Source: an uncultured bacterium (GTDB lineage: Bacteria; Babelota; Babeliae; Babelales; Vermiphilaceae). From it: 64,000 bases of DNA. The notes under the pieces are model-generated. The model had not been told where the DNA came from. It was given only the letters and a program-made list of their open reading frames with translations, and searched no databases. Location of the stretch: the NCBI GenBank assembly GCA_963707655.1, contig OY970172.1:160001-224000 (forward strand), read 5' to 3'. The position numbers and the translations under genes were made by a program. Of the stretch, positions 31,967-41,021 are shown one piece after another (positions within the stretch are counted from its first letter, which is position 1; every line of letters starts with the position of its first letter).

Positions 31967-33211
31967 ATGATTGATTTGGCTAAATTACGAGAAAATTCAA
32001 CCCAGACCATAGCGTTATTACATAAAAAAGATCCTTCCTTTGATGCTCAAAAATTGTATGAGCTTGATAGCGCAGTAAAGCAGTTGCGCTTTGATGTTGA
32101 AGCATTGCGCCACGCCAAAAATGAATTGGCGCAAAAAGGTAAGGCAGGGGTAACGCCGGAGCTTCGCGAACAATCAATTGCGATTGGCAAACAGCTCAAA
32201 CAGCAAGAAGAAGCGCTTGCCCTTCTAGAACAAGATTTTATGCAGCTGTATCTTGCATGCCCCAACTTAATTCAGGAAGATTTACCTGCCGGGGGTAAAG
32301 AGGCAAATAAAGTAGTAAAAGTATGGGGAGAAAAAAAGAATTTTAATTTTACTCCTAAAAACCACCTTGATATTGCCACCAAGCTCGGGTGGCTCGATTT
32401 TGAATCTGCCGCCATTATGACCGGTAGTCAGTTTGCGTTCTACAAAAAAGACGGCGTAAAACTTCTCTATAACTTGACCATGCTGATGCTTAAAAACAAT
32501 AGTAAGTTTGGTTATGAAATGATGCTTCCTCCTTATTTGGTGAATGAAAAATCATTGGAGGTCGCCAGCAACTTTCCCAAATTCAGGGACCAAGTTTATG
32601 CGGTGCCGGAGGATGGACTCTATCTCATTCCTACCTCTGAAGTAAGTTTAACCAATTTGTACCGCAATCAGATTATTCCCGGCGCAGATCTACCCATTCG
32701 TATGACGTCGTGGACAAGTTGTTTTCGCCGTGAGGCGGGCGGCTATGGTGCGAGTGAACGGGGCCTAATCCGTATTCACCAGTTTGAAAAAGTTGAGTTA
32801 TATACTCTGTGTCATCCGGCAGATGCGAATGCGGAGCAGGAACGTATGCTCGCCTGCGCAGAGAGCATTTTGCAGCAACTGGGGTTGCATTATCGCGTGA
32901 GCTTGTTGGCCGCGCAGGATTGCTCGTTTCCCTCAGCGCGCACGTATGATATTGAAGTGTGGCTCCCGGGACAAAATCAATATTATGAAGTCTCGTCAGT
33001 GAGTAACTGTACCGATTTTCAGGCACGACGCGGTATGATTCGCTTTAAAGACACGCCTGAGAGCAAAGCAGAGTTGGTATATACCCTCAATGGATCTTCG
33101 TTGGCGCTTCCGCGTTTGATGGTTGCTTTGTTAGAGGTGTATCAACAGGAAGATGGTTCTGTGATATTGCCGGATATAATAGCAAAAGACTCAATTTTTG
33201 AAATAGAATAA
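31967..33211 (+). CDS. serS: Serine--tRNA ligase
   Basis: LIPTSEV, CFRREAG, RGLIRIHQFEKVE, EVSSVSNCTDFQARR, TLNGS. Confidence 0.98.
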   Translation: MIDLAKLRENSTQTIALLHKKDPSFDAQKLYELDSAVKQLRFDVEALRHAKNELAQKGKAGVTPELREQSIAIGKQLKQQEEALALLEQDFMQLYLACPNLIQEDLPAGGKEANKVVKVWGEKKNFNFTPKNHLDIATKLGWLDFESAAIMTGSQFAFYKKDGVKLLYNLTMLMLKNNSKFGYEMMLPPYLVNEKSLEVASNFPKFRDQVYAVPEDGLYLIPTSEVSLTNLYRNQIIPGADLPIRMTSWTSCFRREAGGYGASERGLIRIHQFEKVELYTLCHPADANAEQERMLACAESILQQLGLHYRVSLLAAQDCSFPSARTYDIEVWLPGQNQYYEVSSVSNCTDFQARRGMIRFKDTPESKAELVYTLNGSSLALPRLMVALLEVYQQEDGSVILPDIIAKDSIFEIE

Positions 33212-33213
33212 TT

Positions 33214-34083
33214 ATGATTTCGACAGATATACTTAAAAAAATAAAAAACCTGGAAATCCATACTAAAAAAATGGTGAACGGCTTTTTGATTGGACAAGGA
33301 CGTTCTGTTGCAAAAGGGTCGGGATTTGATTTTGATCAAATTCGTGATTATCAGGCAGGCGATGATGTGCGCTCTATAGATTGGAAAAGTTCTGCCCGCA
33401 TGAATAAAGTGCTGATAAAGCAATATAGAGAAGAGAAGAATCAAACGGTTTTGCTGCTTGTTGATATCTCCGAGTCGAGCTGGTATGGAGCCGGCGAGCA
33501 GGGTAAATACGAAGTACTCTCGCGCATTGCAGGGATAATATCGCTGATATGCTCTTATCGCGATGATGCGGTTGGGTTATTGCTTTTTGGTGAAGCGGTT
33601 GAGGTCTATGTTCCGCCGATGAGAGGAAAAAAGCATGTACATGCGCTTTTGGAAACTTTGTTTGCGGTAAAGCCGGTAAAACGAAAAACAAATATTTCTG
33701 CAGCCTTAGACTATGTTGCCCAATTGAAGAAAAAAAATATGATTCTTTTTCTTGTGTCTGATTTTATTGATAATGATTTTAAAAAATCTTTGGGTTTTTT
33801 AGCCCGTCAACATGATGTTATAGCAGTTTCGTGTCTTGATGAGCGAGAGTGCGCATTGCCTGCGCTGGGTTTTTTAACGATGCAAGATCAAGAGTCAGGG
33901 CAGAGTTTAATGCTTGATCTTTCTCGTGGCGGTAGTGCCAAGGTGCTTTCTTTTTTAAAAAAACGCACTCATGATCAGCAGATGGCTTTCAAGCAAGCAG
34001 GAGTAGAGGTGCTTTCTCTTTCTCCGCAGCAGGATAATGAGCGCGAATTGATTAGATTTTTCAAAAAACGAATGATGTATTAG
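33214..34083 (+). CDS. DUF58 family protein (MoxR-associated)
   Basis: GSGFDFDQIRDYQAGDDVRSIDWK.SAR, DISES, SDF. Confidence 0.92.
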   Translation: MISTDILKKIKNLEIHTKKMVNGFLIGQGRSVAKGSGFDFDQIRDYQAGDDVRSIDWKSSARMNKVLIKQYREEKNQTVLLLVDISESSWYGAGEQGKYEVLSRIAGIISLICSYRDDAVGLLLFGEAVEVYVPPMRGKKHVHALLETLFAVKPVKRKTNISAALDYVAQLKKKNMILFLVSDFIDNDFKKSLGFLARQHDVIAVSCLDERECALPALGFLTMQDQESGQSLMLDLSRGGSAKVLSFLKKRTHDQQMAFKQAGVEVLSLSPQQDNERELIRFFKKRMMY

Positions 34084-34084
34084 T

Positions 34085-34618
34085 ATGCAACAAGAATTAG
34101 CAAATTCCGTGCCTAATCGGCTTGATGAATTGGCCGATATTTACGAGTTTTGGCATACACCTTGGTGGCAAACAAAACTTTTTTACATGATCCTCACACT
34201 GCTGGCAGTAATTTTGTTGTGCTTGATCGTCTGGCAGGTGATCCGGGCGCTGCGTTCACGCAAAAAAATAACGCCGTGGGAGCGAGCGCTACATTCTTTT
34301 CAGCATCTTAAAAATGCTTCCTATGCTGACGAGAAAGAAATAGCCGCCGGTTATTTTGCTCTGCGCACTACACTCAAGGGTTATGTAGCTGTTCGTTATT
34401 CAGAATCTTTGCTTGATAAAACTGATGATGAGTTGGTAAAAGAATTATCTCATAGTATCGATCAGGCTGATGTTGTGAATGATATAAAAGAGCTTTTAAG
34501 CCAAAGCGCCCAAGTGGTTTTTGCCGGCATGGAGTCATCGCACCGGTCATTGGCCAACAGTATTGAAAAAGCCATCTCTGTCGTAAAACGCACCGTTCCC
34601 CAAACACCAAATAAATAA
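34085..34618 (+). CDS. Single-TM protein typical of MoxR/Bat loci (DUF4381-like)
   Basis: LADI..W..PWW, TM helix, PWERAL, KTDDEL; follows DUF58. Confidence 0.65.
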   Translation: MQQELANSVPNRLDELADIYEFWHTPWWQTKLFYMILTLLAVILLCLIVWQVIRALRSRKKITPWERALHSFQHLKNASYADEKEIAAGYFALRTTLKGYVAVRYSESLLDKTDDELVKELSHSIDQADVVNDIKELLSQSAQVVFAGMESSHRSLANSIEKAISVVKRTVPQTPNK

Positions 34619-34637
34619 CTACTTCAAGGATTATACA

Positions 34638-35798
34638 TTGAATTACGATTGTTCTGTTGATACCCAATCATTGTATATTCATTGGCCGTTCTGCCCATAC
34701 AAGTGTAATTTTTGTCCATTTGTCGCTCTGGCAGGGCATGATCAGTTTATGGCGCAATATCATGCCGTATTGGTAAAAGAGATACAAAATTTCATCGCTG
34801 AAAACAGCCAAAAGCGGCATCTGAAAACAATATTCATGGGGGGCGGAACTCCCAGTACCTACCCCAATACTCTGCTACTTGACATGTTTGATACACTATA
34901 TAAGGGATTCGTTATTGATAAAACAACGGAGATCTCCATAGAAGTAAATCCAGGTACGGTTAAGCTTGAACAGCTTACAGTGTGGAAAGAAGCGGGTATT
35001 AATCGTTTGAGCATAGGAGTACAGAGCCTTAAAGATTCGGCGTTGAAATCACTCAATCGTCATCAGTCAGCTGCTGATGTGGAGTGGCTGCTTGGCCAAG
35101 CATCAGCATTGTTTGATAACATTTCTGTTGATCTTATCCTTGGTCTGCCAGATGTTTCGGTGTCAGATTGGAAAGAGTTGTTGGCGCGCGTTGTGGCATG
35201 GCCGATTAATCATGTTTCGGTCTATTTTTTGACTGTGCATGAAAATACGCCATTGTATTTTAAAGTGCAACGCAATCAAGTGGTCTTGCCGCCTGATGAT
35301 ACGATTATAGATTTGTATCACTGGACTGTTGACTTGTTGGCAAGGCATGGATTAAAACAGTATGAGCTTTCCAATTTTGCGCGCACCGGCTATGAATGTA
35401 AGCATAATACGGTGTATTGGGAGCGTAAGCCCTATAAAGGTGTAGGGTTGGGCGCATGCTCTTTTGATGGATTGTTGCGCTTGCAAAATGAAAAAAATTT
35501 AATGAAATATATGGCTGGCATAGAAAAAAATCAATGCTCGCCGATTGTTTCTGTCGAACAGCTTACGCAGGAACAGGTGCATTTGGAAAAATTGATGTTG
35601 GGCTTGAGGAGAGCTGCGGGGATAAAACGTTTTGATTTGATGATGGGAGTTAAGCATGAGCGAAGAAATCAGTGTGATCAGAAAATTGATACATTGATAG
35701 AAAATGGTTTTTTGCGTGAAGAAAATGATCGTCTTGTGCTGACGCCCAAAGGTCTTATTTTAGAAAATGAGATTATTGTGCAATTGGCACCGGATTAA
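34638..35798 (+). CDS. hemW: Radical SAM heme chaperone HemW (HemN-like)
   Basis: YIHWPFCPYKCNFC, GGGTPS, EVNP, NRLSIGVQS, YELSNF, HNTVYW. Confidence 0.9.
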   Translation: MNYDCSVDTQSLYIHWPFCPYKCNFCPFVALAGHDQFMAQYHAVLVKEIQNFIAENSQKRHLKTIFMGGGTPSTYPNTLLLDMFDTLYKGFVIDKTTEISIEVNPGTVKLEQLTVWKEAGINRLSIGVQSLKDSALKSLNRHQSAADVEWLLGQASALFDNISVDLILGLPDVSVSDWKELLARVVAWPINHVSVYFLTVHENTPLYFKVQRNQVVLPPDDTIIDLYHWTVDLLARHGLKQYELSNFARTGYECKHNTVYWERKPYKGVGLGACSFDGLLRLQNEKNLMKYMAGIEKNQCSPIVSVEQLTQEQVHLEKLMLGLRRAAGIKRFDLMMGVKHERRNQCDQKIDTLIENGFLREENDRLVLTPKGLILENEIIVQLAPD

Positions 35799-35854
35799 AA
35801 AAAATAAGAAATTGATGATTACACTTTTTAAATGATAAAGGCGGGGATTTCACT

Positions 35855-36316
35855 ATGGCGAAACATGTTGGTATCAGGCTACCGGATGATTTGATTACCG
35901 TGTTAAAAACAGGCAAGACAGTGGCAGTATTGTCAACATTTTCAGAAAAAGGTTTGCCTCATACAACACCTATTCAATGTATCTATCCAAAGGGATTGGA
36001 AAGTATTTTGATATCCATTAATAAAGATCACACCGGTTACCATAACATGGTATGGCAAAAAAAGGTGATGGTTTGTTTTATGGATGAAGGCAACGTTGCT
36101 TATAGTGTGCTGGGTCGTGCCGGCGTTGTTCGTGCTCCGTCGTTGGTGCATCCATTGATGAATATAGTACGGATTGACATTATCGATATCAAAAGTGATC
36201 GTTCAGTATTAACAAAAGTTGATGCCGGCGTGCGTTGGTCATATACTTCAGCAGAGGCAGAAGAGCTGTCCAATGCTTTGATGAGTGAGTTGAGGGAATT
36301 GTCCAAAACGCTTTAA
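35855..36316 (+). CDS. Pyridoxamine 5'-phosphate oxidase-like split-barrel protein
   Basis: VLSTFSEKGLPH..T..N..KV pattern. Confidence 0.6.
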   Translation: MAKHVGIRLPDDLITVLKTGKTVAVLSTFSEKGLPHTTPIQCIYPKGLESILISINKDHTGYHNMVWQKKVMVCFMDEGNVAYSVLGRAGVVRAPSLVHPLMNIVRIDIIDIKSDRSVLTKVDAGVRWSYTSAEAEELSNALMSELRELSKTL

Positions 36317-36343
36317 TATATTATTGATAAAAAGGAGTATAAT

Positions 36344-37729
36344 ATGCGTAAAATAGTCTTCTTGTTGTGGGGAATCAGTTTTGTTGCAGCGTCAAGCATG
36401 CGAGGGTCAGAAAATGATTCTGAGCATGCGGATATTACAGAACATCATGATGATGCTCATAGTAACGCGCCTGAAGAGAAAGCCATTGATCAGAAAACAG
36501 CTCCTGCTCAGGATCAGAACAAGCAAGAAGTAAAAAAAGAGGGGCAGTCGACACAAGTAAAAGCGCCTGCTCCGTCTGAAAAATCAGCAGATGAGCATGC
36601 TGAAGAGAAGAAAGGAGAAAAAAAGGAGAATGCTCCCGCTGAAACAAAAGGTAAGGAGAGTGTAGAGCACAAAGAAGAAAAATCTGCTCCTGAAAAAACA
36701 AAAGTCGCCGAAAAGCCGGCAAAAGAAGAACAGGCAAAAGCACCGGAAGCACCCCCAGCTGCCCAGAAACATGAAGAAGAAAAACCGGTAAAAGAGAAAT
36801 CTCATCCAGCGTATTACAATCCGGAAGAAGCGGAGATAGAAGCGGTTGATATAGATACCATAGATCTTGCCGAGCCAAAAGGTAATTGGTTGCTCAAGCG
36901 GCAGTGGTGGGAAGCAGCCGAGCGCTCATATGAACAGATCAAACAGACGCTTGATCAAATTTTTGATCTGCGCTTAACTTTTTATAATAATCGCACGGAG
37001 CTTGATCAATCAGTCTTTAACAATTTTTTCCATTCCATTGGTATAGGCCAAGGAGAATTGCAAGAAATTATCGAAACTCTTACGCAAGATTTAGACAACG
37101 ATAAAAAAGCTCATGGATCTCTTACTAAAAAAGAGGAAGAGGTAGTGGCGCACGTGCAAGAAGAGAAAGATCGGCTTAAGAAGCTGTATGACACGATTGA
37201 TCATATTAATGAGCTTGAAAAAGCACTTAACGCAGCGCTCATTACGATGAGACAACAAATTGAGTTGGCGCGTGAAAATGAGCACAAGGCGTGGAATAAT
37301 TTTAAGGCGATTGCTCGCGAGTTAAGCGATCATAAGGCATATGAGTTGTATTATGCCATGAATAGTTTTGCGACCAATGTTTCTGAGATTTTAAAATATC
37401 TTAAGGGGCCTTTTGCTGATTATTATCATCAATTGGGTGTAAAAGCTAAAAAAGATATTGAAGAAGTTGTGGATACTATGAAGGTCCTCAGAGAGAAAGG
37501 CCTTGATTTAAAGCAACAGGCAGAAGAGCAGTTGCACAAACAAACATGTCATCGTCCCGATGAAGATGAGAAAGAGCATGATGAGGAAGAGTCCGTAGGA
37601 TTTGTGGGTACTGTGTGGCATTATGTAAAATCGCCATTTGTTTGGATAGGGTCGCTGTTTTCAGGCGCTTATGACGGTGTGCGTTCACTGTTTGTAAAAG
37701 AGCCGGTTGATGAAGAAGAAGCTGACTAA
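36344..37729 (+). CDS. Hypothetical secreted protein with Glu/Lys-rich linker and coiled coil
   Basis: AAGGAG RBS, signal peptide, low-complexity region, helical core, C-terminal hydrophobic helix and acidic tail. Confidence 0.8.
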   Translation: MRKIVFLLWGISFVAASSMRGSENDSEHADITEHHDDAHSNAPEEKAIDQKTAPAQDQNKQEVKKEGQSTQVKAPAPSEKSADEHAEEKKGEKKENAPAETKGKESVEHKEEKSAPEKTKVAEKPAKEEQAKAPEAPPAAQKHEEEKPVKEKSHPAYYNPEEAEIEAVDIDTIDLAEPKGNWLLKRQWWEAAERSYEQIKQTLDQIFDLRLTFYNNRTELDQSVFNNFFHSIGIGQGELQEIIETLTQDLDNDKKAHGSLTKKEEEVVAHVQEEKDRLKKLYDTIDHINELEKALNAALITMRQQIELARENEHKAWNNFKAIARELSDHKAYELYYAMNSFATNVSEILKYLKGPFADYYHQLGVKAKKDIEEVVDTMKVLREKGLDLKQQAEEQLHKQTCHRPDEDEKEHDEEESVGFVGTVWHYVKSPFVWIGSLFSGAYDGVRSLFVKEPVDEEEAD

Positions 37730-37742
37730 ATAGAATAAGAAT

Positions 37743-37792
37743 AAAAAACCATTTTTTGATACATGAATAGTGCATCAGAAAATGGTTTTTTT
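37743..37792 (+). terminator. Terminator-like inverted repeat
   Basis: AAAAAACCATTTTTTGAT..ATCAGAAAATGGTTTTTTT. Confidence 0.65.
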
Positions 37793-37840
37793 AATTGATT
37801 AATTCATCGAATATGATACATTTACGTGAATAAAATACGT

Positions 37841-37927
37841 GCCGAGGTGGTGAAACTGGTATACACGCAGCCTTGAGGTGGCTGTGGGAGAAATCCTGTA
37901 GGGGTTCGAGTCCCCTCCTCGGCACCA
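37841..37927 (+). tRNA. tRNA-Leu(GAG)
   Basis: GCCGAGG/CCTCGGC acceptor, CAGCC-TTGAGGT-GGCTG arm, long variable arm, CCA. Confidence 0.95.
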
Positions 37928-38106
37928 GTCTTTGCTTATCCGGGCCTGGTGCTCCTGAAGAGCACTATTTTAGTCTCGGCAAGCTTCGACTCGCTGACGC
38001 CAGCACATGAAATATTTGATATAAAAAAAGCGAAGCCTGGACAGGCATAGCCAACAGAAAATTGAATGAAGTTTTGAAACATAAATAGTATTAAGGAGTT
38101 TATTGT

Positions 38107-39657
38107 ATGAATTCTTCGCTTCGACGAATGAGCTTTTCTTGGTTATCATTTTGGATTGTTATAGCTATGCTCAGCCTGTACATGCTGTGGCCATTGCGTA
38201 AAACATTGCGCTTTGGTATTGACCTTGTCGGCGGCACGTACATAATGTTGCAGGTGCAAACAGAAAAAGCTGTTGAAGCTGATTTGCAATCACGCGCAGC
38301 AGCAGTAAATTCCTATCTTCAAAAAGCGAATGTTTCTTTGCCTTCTCATAGCGCAGTTTCCGGAAACATTCTTACTTTAACTTTTGATTCATTAAATACC
38401 GCACAAGCTGCATCAAGCGCGCTTAAAAAAGAGTGGTCAGATATGAGCGTGACCACAGAGGGCAATGTGGCCCGCTTTGCTTTGAGTAAAGCAGCAGAAA
38501 AAGCAATAGCAAACGACGCCGTTGCTCGCAATATAGAAGTTTTGCGCTCTCGTCTTGATCAATTAAGCGTTTCTGAAATTAGCATTGCTACCCATGGGGA
38601 TAAAGATATTGTTATTGAACTTCCCGACGTTAAAGATCCGCAACAAGCAAAAGCAATGATTGGTAAAGCGGCTGTTTTAGAATTTAAGATGGTTAAGGCA
38701 GCAGGCAACAGCGCTGAAGATATTATATATGATCTTGGCGGTGAATTACCTTATGATCTTGAAATTCTGCCTGGTCAAGAAAACGATGCTCGTCATCAGA
38801 GCTATTATGCGGTTTCCCGCCACGCTGAGTTGACCGGCTCTTCTTTAAGAACAGCGCGCGCTCAATTGGGAGACAAAGGAAACATGGTGGTGGGGTTTGA
38901 GTTTACTCCTGAAGCAGGTGAAATTTTTGGTGAGCTTACCGGTAGAAACATTGGCAAGCGCCTTGCGATCGTGTTGGATGGTGTGGTTATTTCTGCTCCC
39001 GTTATTCAATCAAGAATTAGCGACAAGGGCCAAATTACCGGTTCTGAAAATTCTGATGAAGCAAAAAATTTGGCATTGCTTCTGCGTTCCGGTGCATTCG
39101 TAGCTCCTGTTACTTTTGAAGAAGAGCGTCAAATCGGGCCTTCGCTCGGTGCACAGGCGATTCATCAAGGCTTGATAGCATGTCTGGTTGGTCTTGCTCT
39201 CCTCTTTATATTTAGCATTGTTTATTATAAATTCGCCGGATTACTCGCGTTTCTTGCATTGATATTTAACGTATTGTTGGTTCTACTCGGCCTTTCTTTG
39301 CTCCATGCTACCTTAACTTTGCCGGGCATAGCGGGTATTGTTTTAACATTGGGCATGGCGATAGACTCTTCTATTTTAATCTTTGAGCGCATTAAAGAAG
39401 AATTGGCGAATAAATCTTCAATCCGCCATGCAGTGAAATCAGGATTTTCTGATGCTATGATGGTTATCTTGGATGCGAATATTACTACCTTTATCGTGGG
39501 CATTGTGCTCTATTGGTTCGGTACCGGGCCGGTACAAGGCTTTGCCGTGACCATGATGCTTGGTATTATAGCAACATTGCTTACCGGGCTCTTCTTCTTA
39601 AAATCTCTCTTTATCTTTATTTTAGATAATTTTTCGCTTCAAAAGCTTCGTATTTAA
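38107..39657 (+). CDS. secD: Protein translocase subunit SecD
   Basis: GIDLVGG, IVIELP, LAIVLDG, LRSGA, IGPSLG, TLTLPGIAG, ERIKEE, DANITT. Confidence 0.96.
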   Translation: MNSSLRRMSFSWLSFWIVIAMLSLYMLWPLRKTLRFGIDLVGGTYIMLQVQTEKAVEADLQSRAAAVNSYLQKANVSLPSHSAVSGNILTLTFDSLNTAQAASSALKKEWSDMSVTTEGNVARFALSKAAEKAIANDAVARNIEVLRSRLDQLSVSEISIATHGDKDIVIELPDVKDPQQAKAMIGKAAVLEFKMVKAAGNSAEDIIYDLGGELPYDLEILPGQENDARHQSYYAVSRHAELTGSSLRTARAQLGDKGNMVVGFEFTPEAGEIFGELTGRNIGKRLAIVLDGVVISAPVIQSRISDKGQITGSENSDEAKNLALLLRSGAFVAPVTFEEERQIGPSLGAQAIHQGLIACLVGLALLFIFSIVYYKFAGLLAFLALIFNVLLVLLGLSLLHATLTLPGIAGIVLTLGMAIDSSILIFERIKEELANKSSIRHAVKSGFSDAMMVILDANITTFIVGIVLYWFGTGPVQGFAVTMMLGIIATLLTGLFFLKSLFIFILDNFSLQKLRI

Positions 39658-39704
39658 TGTATAATAAAGAGCACTAAGGGTATTGAAATAATGCAATAAT
39701 TCGT

Positions 39705-39781
39705 GGCGACGTAGCTCAGCTGGTTAGAGCGGCGGAATCATAATCCGTAGGTCCGGGGTTCGAGTCCCTGCGTCGCTACCA
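39705..39781 (+). tRNA. tRNA-Met(CAT), elongator-like
   Basis: GGCGACG/CGTCGCT acceptor, CGGA-ATCATAA-TCCG arm, GTTCGAGTC, CCA. Confidence 0.92.
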
Positions 39782-39811
39782 AAAAAACTTCTTCAATTGA
39801 AAAGGCAGGCC

Positions 39812-40432
39812 ATGGTGTTGAAAGAATATAATATACCCACCAAGCTTACCTTGGTGCGCCTGATAATAGCTCCAATCTTTCTTCCTTTCTTATTAGTCTA
39901 TTTTCTCCCCTATAATAATGTTCTCATTAACGGCCTTCTTGCTCAGCTTTTTATTTTATTTGGGCTGACCGATTTTTTTGATGGCTATTTGGCGCGGCGC
40001 TATCATCAAGAGACAGCCTTGGGCAAAATACTTGATCCGATAGCCGATAAATTTTTGGTTTATTCAACATTGTTGGCGCTCTTGGCTATTAATAAAATAT
40101 ATTTTTTTTGGGTCATTTTGTTTGTGGGGCGCGATTTTTTTGTGATGGGGATTCGTCAAATTGCGCTTGAAAGCAATTTTTCAGTGCCGGTTTCTTCCGG
40201 TGGCAAATTTAAAACCGCTATTCAATTTATTATGCTGAGTTTCATCATTTTTAATCCGTATCATCATTTGGGCATAACTGGCTGCATGTATTGGAATTTA
40301 GTTGAGCAATCAATTTTATTTTTCGCGCTTTTTCTTTCTTTGTATACCGTGTATTGTTATTACAAGTTTTTTATGAGCCGTTTGTCTGCACGCATGCTGT
40401 ATCAATCTGAGGCATATCAAGATCATGAATGA
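39812..40432 (+). CDS. pgsA: CDP-diacylglycerol--glycerol-3-phosphate 3-phosphatidyltransferase
   Basis: NIPTKLT..R, TDFFDGYLARR..GKILDPIADK. Confidence 0.93.
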   Translation: MVLKEYNIPTKLTLVRLIIAPIFLPFLLVYFLPYNNVLINGLLAQLFILFGLTDFFDGYLARRYHQETALGKILDPIADKFLVYSTLLALLAINKIYFFWVILFVGRDFFVMGIRQIALESNFSVPVSSGGKFKTAIQFIMLSFIIFNPYHHLGITGCMYWNLVEQSILFFALFLSLYTVYCYYKFFMSRLSARMLYQSEAYQDHE

Positions 40433-41021
40433 AGTTCTATTTCGGTGTCTTATTTTTTTAACAAGTTATTTGATTGGCTCTGTTCCCATTGGTTATTTAA
40501 TCGCTCGGTGGCGCGGCGTTGCCGATATTCGTTTGCATGGCTCCGGCGCCACGGGGGCAACAAATGCGGCACGCGTGCTTGGTTCTGCTTATTTTTTTAT
40601 TATTTTTGCGCTCGATTTTTTTAGAGCATTTGTCACTATGTATATGCTGATTAACTATACATCATGGTCCTCATATTTTTGGCTGGTAGGCATTGCTTTG
40701 ATGATTGGCAACGGCTGGCCGATTTTTATCGGTTTTAGAGGCGGAAAGGGCGTGGCAACTGCTTTGGGCATGCTCACTTTTTTGATGCCAAAAATAGCTC
40801 TTTTTTTGTTTATTATATGGTTGGCCGTGTTCATCTTGGTACGAGTTGTTGGCATTGGATCGGTAGCACTTTTTGTGGCTATGTATCTTTGTGCCATTTT
40901 TACACAGGCTTCTACATCTCAGCTGTTTTTATGCATTGTTTCCTTGATCGGTACACAACTGCATGGCGCAAACATTAAACAATATCTGCAACTGTTAAGA
41001 GAAAAGGTAAAGGCGGTATGA
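40425..41021 (+). CDS. plsY: Glycerol-3-phosphate acyltransferase PlsY
   Basis: YLIGSVP, DIR.HGSGATGATN..R, FRGGKGVAT, H.ANI. Confidence 0.92.
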   Translation: MNEVLFRCLIFLTSYLIGSVPIGYLIARWRGVADIRLHGSGATGATNAARVLGSAYFFIIFALDFFRAFVTMYMLINYTSWSSYFWLVGIALMIGNGWPIFIGFRGGKGVATALGMLTFLMPKIALFLFIIWLAVFILVRVVGIGSVALFVAMYLCAIFTQASTSQLFLCIVSLIGTQLHGANIKQYLQLLREKVKAV

